Origin: Mobula birostris
Lineage: Eukaryota
NCBI RefSeq assembly: GCF_030028105.1
Contig: NC_092397.1
Span: 20,656,630 to 20,720,629 of the forward strand
DNA: 64,000 nucleotides
Direction of reading: 5' to 3'
Of the stretch, positions 13,290-26,630 are shown one piece after another. Under the pieces are notes generated by a model. It was not told the origin of the DNA. It searched no databases and saw nothing but the letters and a program-made list of their open reading frames with translations. How positions within the stretch are numbered: position 1 is the first letter of the stretch; each line of letters opens with the position of its first letter. The translations under genes were made by a program, and so were the position numbers.

Positions 13290-13830
13290 TAATCATAATA
13301 ATATTGAGAATTTATAAAGTACTGGTGTGGTCTCACTTGGAGTATTGTGAGCAGTTTTGGGCCCTTTATCTTAGGAAGGATGGGCTGAAACTGGATGGGT
13401 TTCAAAGGACGTTCTCAAAATTGATTCCAGGATTAAACAGCTTGTCATATGAAGAGTGTTTAGTGCCTCTGGGCCTGTATTCACTAGAATATCAAATGGT
13501 GAAAGGCCTTGATAAATTGCATGTACAGAGGATGGGAGTATCTAAGACCAGAGGACACAGGCTCAGAATAGAGGAGGATCCTTGTAGAATGTGGAGATGA
13601 GGAATTTCTTGAGCCACAGAGTGGTGAATCTGTGGAATTCATTGCCAAAGGCAGCTATTGATCCAAGACTTCATGTATATTTATATGTAGAGGTTGGTAG
13701 ATTCTTGATTGGTCAGGGCATGAAGGGACACATGGAGAAGGCAGGAGATTGGGGCCGAGAGGAAAATTGGATCAGCCACAATGAAATGTCGGAGCAGACT
13801 CGATGGGACAAATGGTCTAATTCTACCCCT
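13290..13830 (+). mobile_element. CR1 LINE 3' fragment
   Basis: YKVLVWSHLEYCEQFWA, RVVNLWNSLP. Confidence 0.8.
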
Positions 13831-14011
13831 ATACCTTATTGTCTATATCACCACCTCACAAACCTCAAGCAACTTCGTCAAGTGTGATGTGCCACACAAA
13901 ACCATGCTGATTGTCCCTAAGCAGGCCATGCCTTTCCAAATGTGCATAAATCCTGTACCTCAATATCCTCCCCAGTAGCTTCTCTACCACAGAAATGAGG
14001 CTGCCCAGCCT

Positions 14012-17000
14012 ATAGAAACATAAAAAACCTACAGTACAATACAGGCCCTTCAGCCCACCAAGCTGTGCCGATCATGTCCTTACCTTAGATTACCTCGGCT
14101 TACCCATAGCCCTCTATTTTTCTAAGCTCCATGGATCCATCCAGGAGTCTCTTAAAAGACCCTATTGTTTCCACCTCGACCACCGCCGCCAGGAGCCAAG
14201 TCATCGCACTCACCACTCTCTGCGTAAAAAAAAAAAAAAAATCTCTTCTGCACCTTCTTCCAGGCACCTTAAAACTATGCCCTCTCATGCTAGCCATTTC
14301 AGCCTTGGGGAAAAGCCTCTCATTATCCACACGATCAACGACTGTCATTATCTTGTACACACCTATCAGGTCACCTCTCATCCTCCGTCACTCCAAGGAG
14401 AAAAGGCCGAGTTCACTCACCCTGTTCTCATAAGGCATGCTCCCCAATCCAGGCAACATCCTTGTAAATCTCCTCTGCACCCTTTCCATGGTTACCACTC
14501 CTTCCTGTAGTGAGGCGACCAGGATTGAGCACAGTACTCCAGGTGGGGTCTGACCAGGGACCCGCATATCTGCCACATTACCTCTCGGCTCTTAAGCTCA
14601 ATCCCACAGTTGATGAAGGCCAATGCACCATATGCCTTCTTAACCAGAGTCCACCTGCGTAGCAGCTTTGAGTGTCTTATGGGCTTGGACCCCAAGATCC
14701 CTCTGATCCTCCACACTGCCAAGTGTCTTAACATTAATGCTATATTCTGACATCATATTTGACCTACCAAACTGAACCACCTCACACTTATATGGTGGGT
14801 TGAACTCCATCTTCTACTTCTCAGCCCAGTTTTGCATCCTACCAATGTCCCGCTATAACTTCTGACAGTACTCCACACTATCCACAACACATCCACCCTT
14901 GGTTTTACCAGCAAATTTACTAACCCATTCCTCCACTTCCTCATCCAGGTCATTTATAAACATCATGAAGAGTAGGGGATCCCAGAACAGATCTCTGAGG
15001 CACACCAGTGGTCACAAACTGCTATGCAAAATATGACCCATCTACAACCACTCTTTGCCTTCTGTGGGCAAGCCTGTTTCTGGATCCACAAAGGAATGTC
15101 TCCTTAGATCCCATGCCTCCTTACTTTCTCAATAAGTCTTGCATGGGGTAGCTTATCACATGCCTTGCTGAAATCCATATACATTATATCTTGGGCTCTA
15201 CCTTCATCAATGTGTTTAATGAAATCCTCAAAAAACTTAATCAGGCTCGTAAGGCACGACCTGCCTTTGTCAAAGCCAAGCTGACTATTCCTAATCGTAT
15301 TATGCCTCTCCAAATGTTCATAAATCCTGCCTCTCAGGATGTTCTCCATCAACTTACCAACCACTGAAGTAAGACTCACTGGTCTGTAATTTCCTGGGCT
15401 ATCTCTACTCCCTTTCTTGAATAAGGGAACAACCTCCGCAACCCTCCAATCCTCCGGAACCTCTCCCGTTGTTATTGATGATGCAAAGATCCTCGCCATA
15501 GGCTCAGCAATCTCCTCCCTCACTTCCAGCAATAGCCAGGGTACATTCCGTCCGGTCCCAGTAACTTATCCAACTTGATGCTTTCCAAAAGCTCCAGTAC
15601 ATCCTTAATATCTATATGCTCAAGCTTTTCAGTCACCTGCAAGTCATCCCTACAATCGCCAAGATCCTTTTCCATAGTGAATACTGAAGCAAAGTATTCA
15701 TTAAGTACCTCTGCTATCTCCTTCGGTTCCATACACACTGTTCCACTGTCACACTTGATTGGTCCCATTCTCTCACGTCTTATCCTCTTGCTCTTCACAT
15801 ACTTGTAGAATGCTTTAGGGTTTTCCGTATTCCTGTCTGCCAAGGCCTTCACATGGCATCTTCTGGCTCTCCTAATTTCATTCTTAAGCTTCTTCCTGCT
15901 AGCCTTTTAATCTCCTAGATTCATATCATTACCTCGTTTTTTGAACCTTTCGTAAGCTCTTCTATCTTCTTGACTGGATTTACAACTGCCTTTGTACACC
16001 ACGGTTCCTGTACCCTACCGTCCTTTCCCTGTCTCATTGGAATGTACCTATGCAGAACCCCACACAAATATCCCCTGAGGATTTGCTACATTTCTTCCAT
16101 ACATTTCCCTGGGAACATCTGTTTCCAACTTATGCTTCCAAGTTTGCCTGAATAGCCTCATATTTCTCCTTACTCCGATTAAACGTTTCCCTAACTTGTC
16201 TGTTCCTATCCCTCCCTTATACTATGGTAAAGGAGATAGAATTGTGATCACTATGTCCAAAATGCTCTCCCACTGAGAGACCTGACACCTGACCAGGTTC
16301 ATTTCCCAATACCAGATCAAATACAAGTCTCTCCTCTTGTAGGGTTATCTACATATTGTGTCAAGAAACCTTACTGAACACACCTAACAAACTCAACCCC
16401 ATCTAAACTCCTCACTCTTGGGAGATGCCATTCAATATTTAGGCAAATTAAAATCTCCCACCACAACAACCCTGTTATTGTTACATCTTTGCAGAATCTG
16501 TCTCCCTACCTGCTCCTCGATGTCACTGTTACTATTGGGTGGTCGATAAAAAACACCCTGTAGATTTATTGACCCCTTCCTATTCCTAACTTCCACCCAC
16601 AGAGACTCTGTAGACAACCCCTCCCTCACTTCTTCCATTTCTGCAGCCATGATACTATCCCTGATCAACAGTGTCACGCCCATACCTCTTTTGCCTCCTT
16701 CCCTGTCCTTTCTGAAACAACTAAAGCCTGGCACTTGAAGTAGCTATTCTTGCCCCTGCAACATCCAAGTCTCCGTAATGGCCACAACATCATAGCTCCA
16801 AGTGCTGATCCATGCTTTAAGCTCATCCGCATTTTTCATAATACTCCTTGCGTTAAAATAGACACATCTCAAACCATCGGTCTAAGCGCGTCCCTTGTCT
16901 ATCACCTGCCTATTCTCCTTTTCCAAGCTTTCTCTATCTGAGTGCCAACCTCCCTTTCCTCCGTCACTTCAGTTCAGTTCCTACCCCCTACAGTGCTAGT

Positions 17001-17635
17001 TTAAACTCTCTCCAACAGCCTTAGCAAACCTCCCCGCCAGGATATTGGTCCCCTTGGGATTCAAGTGCAATTTGTCCTTTTTGTACAGGTCACACCTGCC
17101 CCAAAAGAGGTTCCAAAGATCCAGAAATCTGAATCCCTGCCCCCTGCTCCAATCCCTCAGCCAGGCATTTATCCTCCACCTCATTCTATTCCTGTACTCC
17201 TGAGATTACTACCTGTGAGGTCCTGCTGCTCAACTTCCTTCCGAACTCCCTGCAGTCTGTTTTCAGGACCTCCTCCCTTTTTCTACATATGTCATTGGTA
17301 CCAATATGTCCCACAACCTCTGGCTGTTCTCCTACCTACTTCAGGGTATCGTGGATGTGATCAGAAACTCCCCACACCCTGGCACCTGGGCAGCAAACTA
17401 CCATCCGTGTTTCTTACCTGTGTCGACAGAATCGCTTGTCCAACCGCCTAACTATAGAGTCCCCTATCACTGCTGCCATCCTCTTCCTTTCCCTGCCCTT
17501 CTGAGCCACAGGGTCAGACTCTGTGCCAGAGGCGTGGCCACTGTTGTTTCCCCAGGAAGGTTGTTCACCCCCCTAACAGTACTCAAACAGGAGTACTTAT
17601 TGTTATGTGTGACAGAGACTGGGGTACTCTCTAGC
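14012..17635 (-). mobile_element. Near full-length degenerate CR1 (ORF1 esterase + ORF2)
   Basis: ORF1 SGNH-esterase-like GFRFLDLW...DKLHLNPKG (16996-17184), APE motifs (16432-16734), RT (15104-15532) and 3' tail at 14012. Confidence 0.88.
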
Positions 17636-17639
17636 AACA

Positions 17640-18750
17640 GGAATTCTACAGATGCTGGAAATTCAAGCAACAAACATAAAAGTTGCTAGTGAACGCAGCA
17701 GGCCAGGCAGCATCTCTAGGAAGAGGTGCAGTCGATGTTTCAGGCCGAGACCCTTCGTCAGGACTAACTGAAGGAAGAGTGAGTAAGGGATTTGAAAGAT
17801 GGAGGGGAAGGGGGAGATCCAAAATGATAGGAGAAGACAGGAGGGGGAGGGATGGAGCCAAGAGCTGGACAGGTGATAGGCAAAAGGGATACGAGAGGAT
17901 CATGGGACAGGAGGTCCGGGAAGAAAGACAAGGAGGGTGTGGGGGGGGGGGTACCTAGCGGATGGGCAAGGGGTATATTCAGAGTGACAGAGTGAGAAAA
18001 AGGGGAGAGAGAGAAAGAATGTGTGTATAAAAATAAGTAACAGATAGGGTACGAGGGGGAGGTGGGGCATTAGCGGAAGTTAGAGAAGTCGATGTTCATG
18101 CCATCAGGTTGGAGGCTACCCAGACGGAATATAAGGTGTTGTTCCTCTAACCTGAGTGTGGCTTCATCTTCAAAGTAGAGGAGGCCGTGGATAGACATGT
18201 CAGAATGGGAATGGGATGTGGAATTAAAACGTGTGGCCACTGGGAGATCCTGCTTTCTCTGGCGGACAGAGCGTAGGTGTTCAGCAAAGCATCTCCCAGT
18301 CTGTGTTGGGTCTCGCCAATATACAAAAGGCCACATCGGGAGCACCGGACGCAGTATATCACCCCAGCCGACTCACAGGTGAAGTGTTGCCTCACCTGGA
18401 AGGACTGCTTGGGGCCCTGAATGGTGGTAAGGAAGGAAGTGTAAGGGCATGTGTAGCACTTGTTCCGCTTACACGGATAAGTGCCAGGAGGGAGATCAGT
18501 AGGGAGGGATGGGGGTGACGAATGGACAAGGGAGTCACGTAGGGAGCGATCCCTGTGGAATACAGGGTGGGGGGAGGGAAAGATGTGCTTAGTGTTGGGA
18601 TCCCGTTGGAGGTGGTGGAAGTTACGGAGAATAATATGTTGGACCCGGAGGCTGGTGGGGTGGTAGGTGAGCACCAGGGGAACCCTATTCCTAGTGGGGT
18701 GGTGGGAGGATGGAGTGAGAGCAGATGTACGTGAAATGGGGGAGATGTGT
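17640..18750 (-). mobile_element. Penelope-like element, 5'-truncated, GIY-YIG endonuclease region
   Basis: YCVRCSRCGLLYIGET GIY-YIG motif. 3' terminal repeat has a hammerhead-like motif at 17729-17766. Confidence 0.85.
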
Positions 18751-18754
18751 CAGT

Positions 18755-20938
18755 ATTACAATTGAACAAAGAGAACTATGGTGCTGTGAGGGAGGAGCTG
18801 GCCAAAGTTCAGTGGAACAATATCCTAGCAGGGATGACAGTGGAAAAGCAATGGCAGTGTTTCTGGGAATAATGCGGAAGGTGCAGGATCAGTTCATTCT
18901 AAAGAGGAAGGAAGATCCTAAGGGGAGTAAGGGGAGGCCGTGGCTGACAAGGGAAGTAATGGACAGTATAAAAATAAAAGAGAAGTATAACATAGCAAAG
19001 ATGAGTGGGAAGCTGGAGGATTGGGAAACTTTTAAAGAGCAACAGAAGGTAACTAAAAAGGCAATACGCGGAGAAAAAATGAGGTACGAAGATAAACTAG
19101 CCAAGATTATAAAGGAGGATAGTAAAAGCTTCTTTAGCTATGTGAAAAGGAAAAAAAAAATAGTTAAGACCAAAATTGGGCCCTTGAAGACAGAAACGGG
19201 TGAATTTATTATGGGGAACAAGGAAATGGCAGACGAGTTGAACAGGTACTTTGGATCTGTCTTCACTGGAGAAGACACAAACAATCTCCCAGATATAATA
19301 GTGGCCAAAGGACCTAGGGTAATGGATGAAATGAAGGAAATTTATATCAGGCAGGAAATATTGTTGGATAGACTGTTGGGTCTGAAGGCTGATAAGTCCC
19401 CGGGACCTGATGGTCTGCATCCCAGGGTACTTAAGGAGGTGGCTTTAGAAATCGTGGATGCATTGGTAATCATTTTCCAATGTTCTATAGATTCAGGATC
19501 AGTTCCTGTGGATTGGAGGGTGGCTAATGTTGTCCCTATCTTCAAGAAGGGAAGAAGAGAGAAAACAGGGAATTATAGACCAGTTAGCCTGACGTCTGTG
19601 GTGGGAAAGATGCTGGAGTCAATTATAAAAGATGAAATTACGACACATCTGGATAGCAGTAACAGGATCGGTCTGAGTCAGCATGGACATACAAAGGGGA
19701 AATCGTGTGTGACTAATCTTCTGGAATTTTTTGAGGATGTATCTATGAAAATGGACAAGGGAGATCCAGTGGATGCAGTGTACCTGGACTTTCAGAAAGC
19801 CTTTCATAAAGTCCCACAAAGGAGATTAGTGGGCAAAATTAGGGCATGTGGCATTGGGGGCAGAGTACTGACATGGATTGAAAATTGGCTGGCTGACAGA
19901 AAACAAAGAGTGGCGATTAACGGGTCCCTTTCGGAATGACAGGCAGTGACCAGTGGGTTACCGCAGGGTTCAGTGATGGGTCCGCAGCTGTTTACAATAT
20001 ATATTAATGATTTAGATGAGGGAATTATAAGTAACATTAGCAAATTTGCCGATGACACAAAGCTGGGTGGCAGTGTGAAATGTGAGGAGGATGTTATGAG
20101 AATGCAGGGTGACTTGGACAGGCTGGTTGAGTGGGCAGATGCATGGCAGATGCAGTTTAATGTGGATAAATGTGAGGTTATCCACTTTGGTGGTAAGAAC
20201 AGGAAGGCAGATTATTATCTAAATGGAGTCAAGTTAGGAAAAGGGGAAGTACAACGAGATCGAGGTGTTCTTGTACATCAGTCACTGAAAGCAAGCATGC
20301 AAGTACAGCAGGCAGTGAAGAAAGCTAATGGCATGCTGGCCTTCATAACAAGGGGAATTGAGTATAAGAGCAAAGAGGTCCTTCTGCAATTGTACAGGGT
20401 CCTGGTGAGACCACACCTGGAATACTGTGTGCAGATTTGGTCTCCAAATTTGAGGAAGGACATTCTTGCTATTGAGGGAGTGCAGCGTAGGTTCACAAGG
20501 TTAATTCTCGGGATGGCGATGTTGAAAGATTGGAGCGTCTGGGCTTGTATACTCTGGAATTTAGAACGCTGAAAGGGGATCTTATTGAAACATATAAGAT
20601 TATTAAGGGATTGGACACGCTGGAGGCAGGAAGCATGTTCCTGCTGATGGGTGAGTCCAGAACCAGAGGCCACAGTTTAAGAATAAGGGGTAGGCCATTT
20701 AGACCGGAGTTGAGTGGTGGATATATGGAATGCCTGCCCCAGAAGGCTGTGGAGGCCAAGTCTCTGGATGCTTTCAAGAAAGAGATGGATAGAGTTCTTA
20801 ACAATAGCGGAATCAAAGGTTATGGGGGTAAGGCAGGAACTGGATACTGATTGTGGATGATCAGCCATGATCACAGTGAATGGCGGTGCTGGCTCGACGG
20901 GTCGAATGGCCTACTCCTGCACCTATTGTCTATTGTAT
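18755..20938 (+). mobile_element. Young CR1 ORF2 (RT), 5'-truncated
   Basis: 404-aa and 208-aa ORFs separated by one W>stop codon (19937-19939). GLPQGSVMGP and KFADD motifs, intact 3' tail. Confidence 0.92.
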
Positions 20939-21410
20939 GTTCCTGCTCGTTTAAACCCTTCCGTGCAGCTGGAGGGAATCTCCCCGTAAACATATTGTCT
21001 CCCCTCTACCTTGGACCCGTCTCCCCTTCATTTCGAGAGTCCAATGATCCTTGTACCTGAAGCCCCCACCCACCTCACACCAGCTCCTCAGCCACACCTT
21101 TACCTGGGCTTTCGAAGGCGCCAGAAGCGCGGTCTATATATCTGGTTATGTATCCTGTTCCTGTATGTGACCGGTCTTTCATTTCCCTGGGGACTCAGAG
21201 GAACAAATGTTCTAATGAATCAATCCTCTCATCACTGGAAGTGACTGCACCCTCGCCCACCAACTGCTGTGTGTGAGGGCGCTCGCACTGGTCATGGAGC
21301 CGGGAGGGACAGACCGAGGTCCTCCGGGATTTGTAGAATGGAAAAGCACTTCCTATAATTTAAAGCAGGAGAATCAGCAAAAACCCAGAAACCGTTCAGT
21401 ATGTACGTGG

Positions 21411-21978
<568 letters not shown>

Positions 21979-22011
21979 AAAACTCCCACTTCCTCCCGAG
22001 CACGAAACAAA

Positions 22012-22027
22012 GGCTCTTCTAAGAGCC
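22012..22027 (+). terminator. Histone 3' stem-loop (H4)
   Basis: GGCTCT-TCTA-AGAGCC followed by ACCCA. HDE-like ACGGAGCCG downstream. Confidence 0.93.
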
Positions 22028-22380
22028 ACCCACCGCCTCACGGACGGAGCCGTATCCACACACAAAATTTTGATTATTTTTTATCGATACATTCACCTGA
22101 GTTACATTTGCAACAGATTAATCGGTTCCGCTTGAAATCAACCTGCGAACCTGCCTTTCCAGTCCGTGATTACAATAAAATCTCTGAATTCATTAAGGTC
22201 GATCTTAATCCTTTTATCCGTCTCGGACAGAAATAAGTTCACTCGTTTAGAGAAACGATTCCGTAATTATGCATTTAAATCTTAACTGAGGGATTTAGAT
22301 ATTAAATAAAAGTGAAATTGTATAATCCGTGATAGAATTAATTGCAAATAAAAATAATCAGGCAGTTGCTGGCTGCTCTG

Positions 22381-23084
<704 letters not shown>

Positions 23085-23113
23085 ACCCAGCCTCCACACC
23101 CAGCACAAGAAAA

Positions 23114-23155
23114 GGCTCTTTTAAGAGCCACTACCACAGCAAAGGAAAGGGCTGT
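23114..23155 (+). terminator. Histone stem-loop plus HDE (H3)
   Basis: GGCTCT-TTTA-AGAGCC (23114-23129) and AAAGGGCTGT (23146-23155). Confidence 0.93.
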
Positions 23156-23830
23156 CGCTTGCTGATCATTGTATTATTGTAGTGGCGATCTGCCCTCCTG
23201 ATGGGGTTATTTGGTTTTGCACTAACTGACCGCGATCATCAGCTGTTCTGTGCCGTCAGGTTGATTCAGCGAGGGAAAGGAGATGAACGCGCTCCCTCCC
23301 CGTCAGGGTCTCACCTGGCCCTTCATTTCTCCCACAAACCTGGCATGTACAGCTGCTGCGGCTGTTACCGTTTTGTTTGCTTTGGACATGCCCGGCTGTC
23401 CTTGCAGTGGGAGCATGTGGTCGCGCTGCGAACAGAGGGGGATTTCCGAGAGCGGTGATCCCAGGCAATAGTGGTTATTGTTTTTTTTTTAATTTGCTTT
23501 CCCTCTCTTGTACATATTTGATGTTGGTGTTTTGTGTGCATAAACTTATGTAGTTTTGTGGCTGGTAACTGAATGAAGGTCAGTCGGCAATGTCACGGGA
23601 TAGTTTATCATATATCTTCCCCCTGCAGTCCATCCCCAGAGACAGATCCCTCTCTCAAGACGCCCCCTCCCCTCTCACATGGGTTTCAGCAGTTCCCAAT
23701 CAACTCAGCAGAATCGGGCTTTGGGGTGTGAGGCGCGTAATCTCCGCTGGAGTCAGTGTCTCAGTCACTCTCTCCCGGCATGGGAGAAGGGACTGGGTTT
23801 ACACCTACATCACATGTCTCTCAATCTCAA

Positions 23831-23864
<34 letters not shown>
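23831..23864. repeat. (TC)n(AC)n microsatellite
   Basis: Directly visible. Confidence 0.9.
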
Positions 23865-24012
23865 CCTGAGTGAAACTCAGTGTTTCACTTCAAATCTGGG
23901 ACGTCACGGCGGCACCGAATGTCAGCGAAGTACCGGGAATATCGGGTTTTATGGGAGAAGTTCCCCCGGAAAACTAAGTCGGACCCGCAGCGGGAATCAC
24001 AATATTTATGAT

Positions 24013-24051
24013 CAGCTCTTTTCTGAGATGTGGGTGGCTCTGAGAAGAGCC
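24013..24051 (-). terminator. Histone stem-loop plus HDE (H1)
   Basis: Minus strand GGCTCT-TCTC-AGAGCC-ACCCA (24036-24051) and AAAAGAGCTG (24013-24022). Confidence 0.93.
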
Positions 24052-24088
24052 GTTGGGTTCAAACACACACAAATGGTGTATTCTCCAT

Positions 24089-24652
24089 TTACTTTTTGAC
24101 TGCTGTCTTCTTGGGCTTCGGCGCCGCTTTCTTGGCCGCTGATTTCTTCACTGAGACTTTCTTAGCCGCTGGTTTCTTCGCTGCCGCTTTCTTGGCCGCA
24201 GGTTTCTTCGCTGCCGCTTTCTTGGCCGCTGGTTTCTTCGCTGCCGCTTTCTTAGCCGCTGGTTTCTTGGCGCCAGACTTCTTGCTGGAAGATTTCTTTA
24301 CCGATGGCTTGTTCGCTTTCTTCACTGTTTTCACGGCACTTTTTCCTTGACTGGATTTAAAGGATCCCGAAAGACCCGCGCCCTTGGTCTGAACCAAGGA
24401 GCCGCTTTCCACTCTTTTCCTGATGCACATCCTGATCTGGGCGCGACGTTTCCCCACATCGACACCACTGCTGGTCAAAGCCTTCATGATGGCCACAGCG
24501 GACATCCCCTTCCTATCGCGACAATCCGCCACAATCTTATCGATTTGTTCGCCCAGCTTGGGACCGTCTGGTTTACTCCGGGCAGCCGCCTTCTTCTTGG
24601 GACTCTTCTTTGCGGCTGGAGGAGCCGTTTCGGCGGGTGCTGTCTCGGTCAT
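24089..24652 (-). CDS. H1: Linker histone H1, divergent variant
   Basis: MTETAPA N-terminus, winged-helix domain ending LVQTKGAGLSGSFK, Lys/Ala-rich tail, H1 box and stem-loop. Confidence 0.93.
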   Translation of the reverse strand: MTETAPAETAPPAAKKSPKKKAAARSKPDGPKLGEQIDKIVADCRDRKGMSAVAIMKALTSSGVDVGKRRAQIRMCIRKRVESGSLVQTKGAGLSGSFKSSQGKSAVKTVKKANKPSVKKSSSKKSGAKKPAAKKAAAKKPAAKKAAAKKPAAKKAAAKKPAAKKVSVKKSAAKKAAPKPKKTAVKK

Positions 24653-24719
24653 GTCGGCAACTCTGGAAAATCCTTCTCACAATCAGACTGAATGAGAAAT
24701 GAAGCGAAAGGCGGCGGCA

Positions 24720-24800
24720 CAGAGCAATTTAAAGGCAGCGAGCGGACGGGGCGGAGACATCCTCCTGTCAGATCCCGGAGACTTCATTTTTCTGTGTTTC
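24720..24800 (-). promoter_or_regulatory. H1 promoter
   Basis: H1 box AAACACA (24793-24799), GC box overlapping CGTCCGC (24742-24755), TTTAAA (24728-24733). Confidence 0.75.
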
Positions 24801-25216
24801 TCTCTCCTCAAAAACTCTCCGATTCCAATTAAAATCGGACATTCCGGAGACTCGGACTGGCCCCTGTCCGTCACTGAGGCCGCAAAGTTCGCTGGAAATA
24901 AAGTTTATTCAAGATTAAAGGCAGCTCTTTCTATTTTAACCCGTTTCATTATTGCGCTGCCCGCGATCTCTCTCCCGATCAGTGACCTGTTCTCTGCTTT
25001 TGGACTGTAATACTAAAAGTAACGAAAACTTTGCGGTTTATTCCAGCTTCGGGACTGAGTGGGAGAGTGAGGCGATTCCGTAACAGAGAATTTTTTTTCA
25101 TTTTGTTTATCAGACGCTGGGAAATCCTACGATATGTTCGGACTCACAAACACAGCAACAGTAGTCTAAACCGCCCGCCCCTTTTACACACTCTCTCTGA
25201 CATAATGCTCCCAGCA

Positions 25217-25358
25217 ACACACACAGAAAATGCTGGTGAACGCAGCAGGCCAGGCAGCATCTATAGGAAGAGGTACAGTCGACGTTTCGGGCCGGGACCC
25301 TTCGTCAGGACTCTGGTGCTAAATGTGGCCTGACTTGCTGGGTTCCTCCAGCATTTTG
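25217..25358. mobile_element. Short Penelope-derived hairpin element
   Basis: Inverted ends AAAATGCTGG...CCAGCATTTT. Sequence matches the terminal region of the longer PLE copies. Confidence 0.7.
25277..25312 (-). ncRNA. Minimal type I hammerhead ribozyme motif
   Basis: AGUC-CUGACGA-A-GGGU(CCCG)GCCC-GAAAC-GUC-GACU: stem I, catalytic core, stem II and GUC cleavage triplet. Confidence 0.7.
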
Positions 25359-25774
25359 GCCAGCAAAATTAAACGACAGTTTCCATGTCATATAACACTG
25401 ATAAATCTGACTCTGATCCCAAGGAATAGAGGACAAAGGACATTGTCTGGCCAAATTCTCTGTGTAACTGAGAACCTCAGGTTCGGGAAACATCATTGGA
25501 AATCTTTTCTGCACTCTCCCCAGTTTAACCCCGTTTCCTATAACGGTGACGAGAGCTGTACACAAATCAGCAAGTGTGGCCTCCGGTCACTTTCACAACT
25601 CTATCATAATGTCCGAACTGATATACTCAATCCCCTGACTAATGAAGACCAGCATGTTACGTTCTGCATCACCCTGTCTACCAGTGATATCTCTTTCAAT
25701 GACCCGTGTGTGCACTTTACCCCTAAATCTCTCCAGTCCATTCCACTCCCTAATGACCGATCGTTCACAGTGTA

Positions 25775-26630
25775 AGTTGATTTAGGCCAGTTAGAAGAGT
25801 GGGCTGAAAGAACGCAGATGGAGTTTAATGTTCATAAATGTGAGGTGCTATATTTTGTTTGGACTAATCAAAATATGACATACATGGTAAATAGTAGAGC
25901 ATTGAAGAATGCAGTAGAACAGAGGGATCGAGAAATAATGGTGCACAGTTCCCTGAAGGTGGAATCTCATGTTGATAGGGTGGTGAAGAAAGCTTTTGGT
26001 ATGCTGGCCTTTATAAATCAGAGCATTGAGTATAGGAGTTGGTATATAATGTTGTAATTGTACAAGGCATTGGTAAGGCCAAATTTAGAGTATTGTGTAC
26101 AGTTCTGGTCACCGAATTATAGGAAAGATGTCAAAAAAATTGAGAGAGTGCAGAGAAGATTTACTAGAATGTTACCTGGGTTTCATCTCCTAAGTTACAG
26201 AGAAAGGTTGAACAAGTTGGGTCTTTATTCTTTGGAGCGTAGAAGGTTGAGGGGGGACTTGATAGAGGTATTTAAAATTATGAGGGGGATAGATAGAGTT
26301 GATGTGGATAGGCCTTTTCCATTGACAGTGGGAGAGATTCAAACAAGAGGACATGAGTTGAGAGTTAAAGGGCAAAAGTTTAGGGGTAACATGACGGGGA
26401 ACTTGTTTACTCAGAGAGTGGTAGCTCTGTGGAGTGAGCTTCCAGCAAAAGTGGTTGAGGCAGGTTCGATGTTGTCATTTAATGTTAAATTCAATAGCTA
26501 TATGGACAGGAAAGGAATGGAGGGTTATGGGCTGAGTGCAGGTTGGTGGGACAGGGTGAGAGTAAGAGTTTGGCACAGACTAGAAGGACCGAGATGGCCT
26601 GTTTCTGTGCTGTAATTGTTATATGGTTAT
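25775..26630 (+). mobile_element. CR1 3' fragment nested in an older minus-strand CR1 (~25400-27300)
   Basis: 185-aa ORF YKALVRPNLEYCVQFWSP... The older RT remnants on either side are collinear. Confidence 0.85.

Noticed and set aside
18725-20938. Active autonomous LINE
   Set aside because: 5'-truncated, with an in-frame stop at 19937 and deletions near the 3' end.
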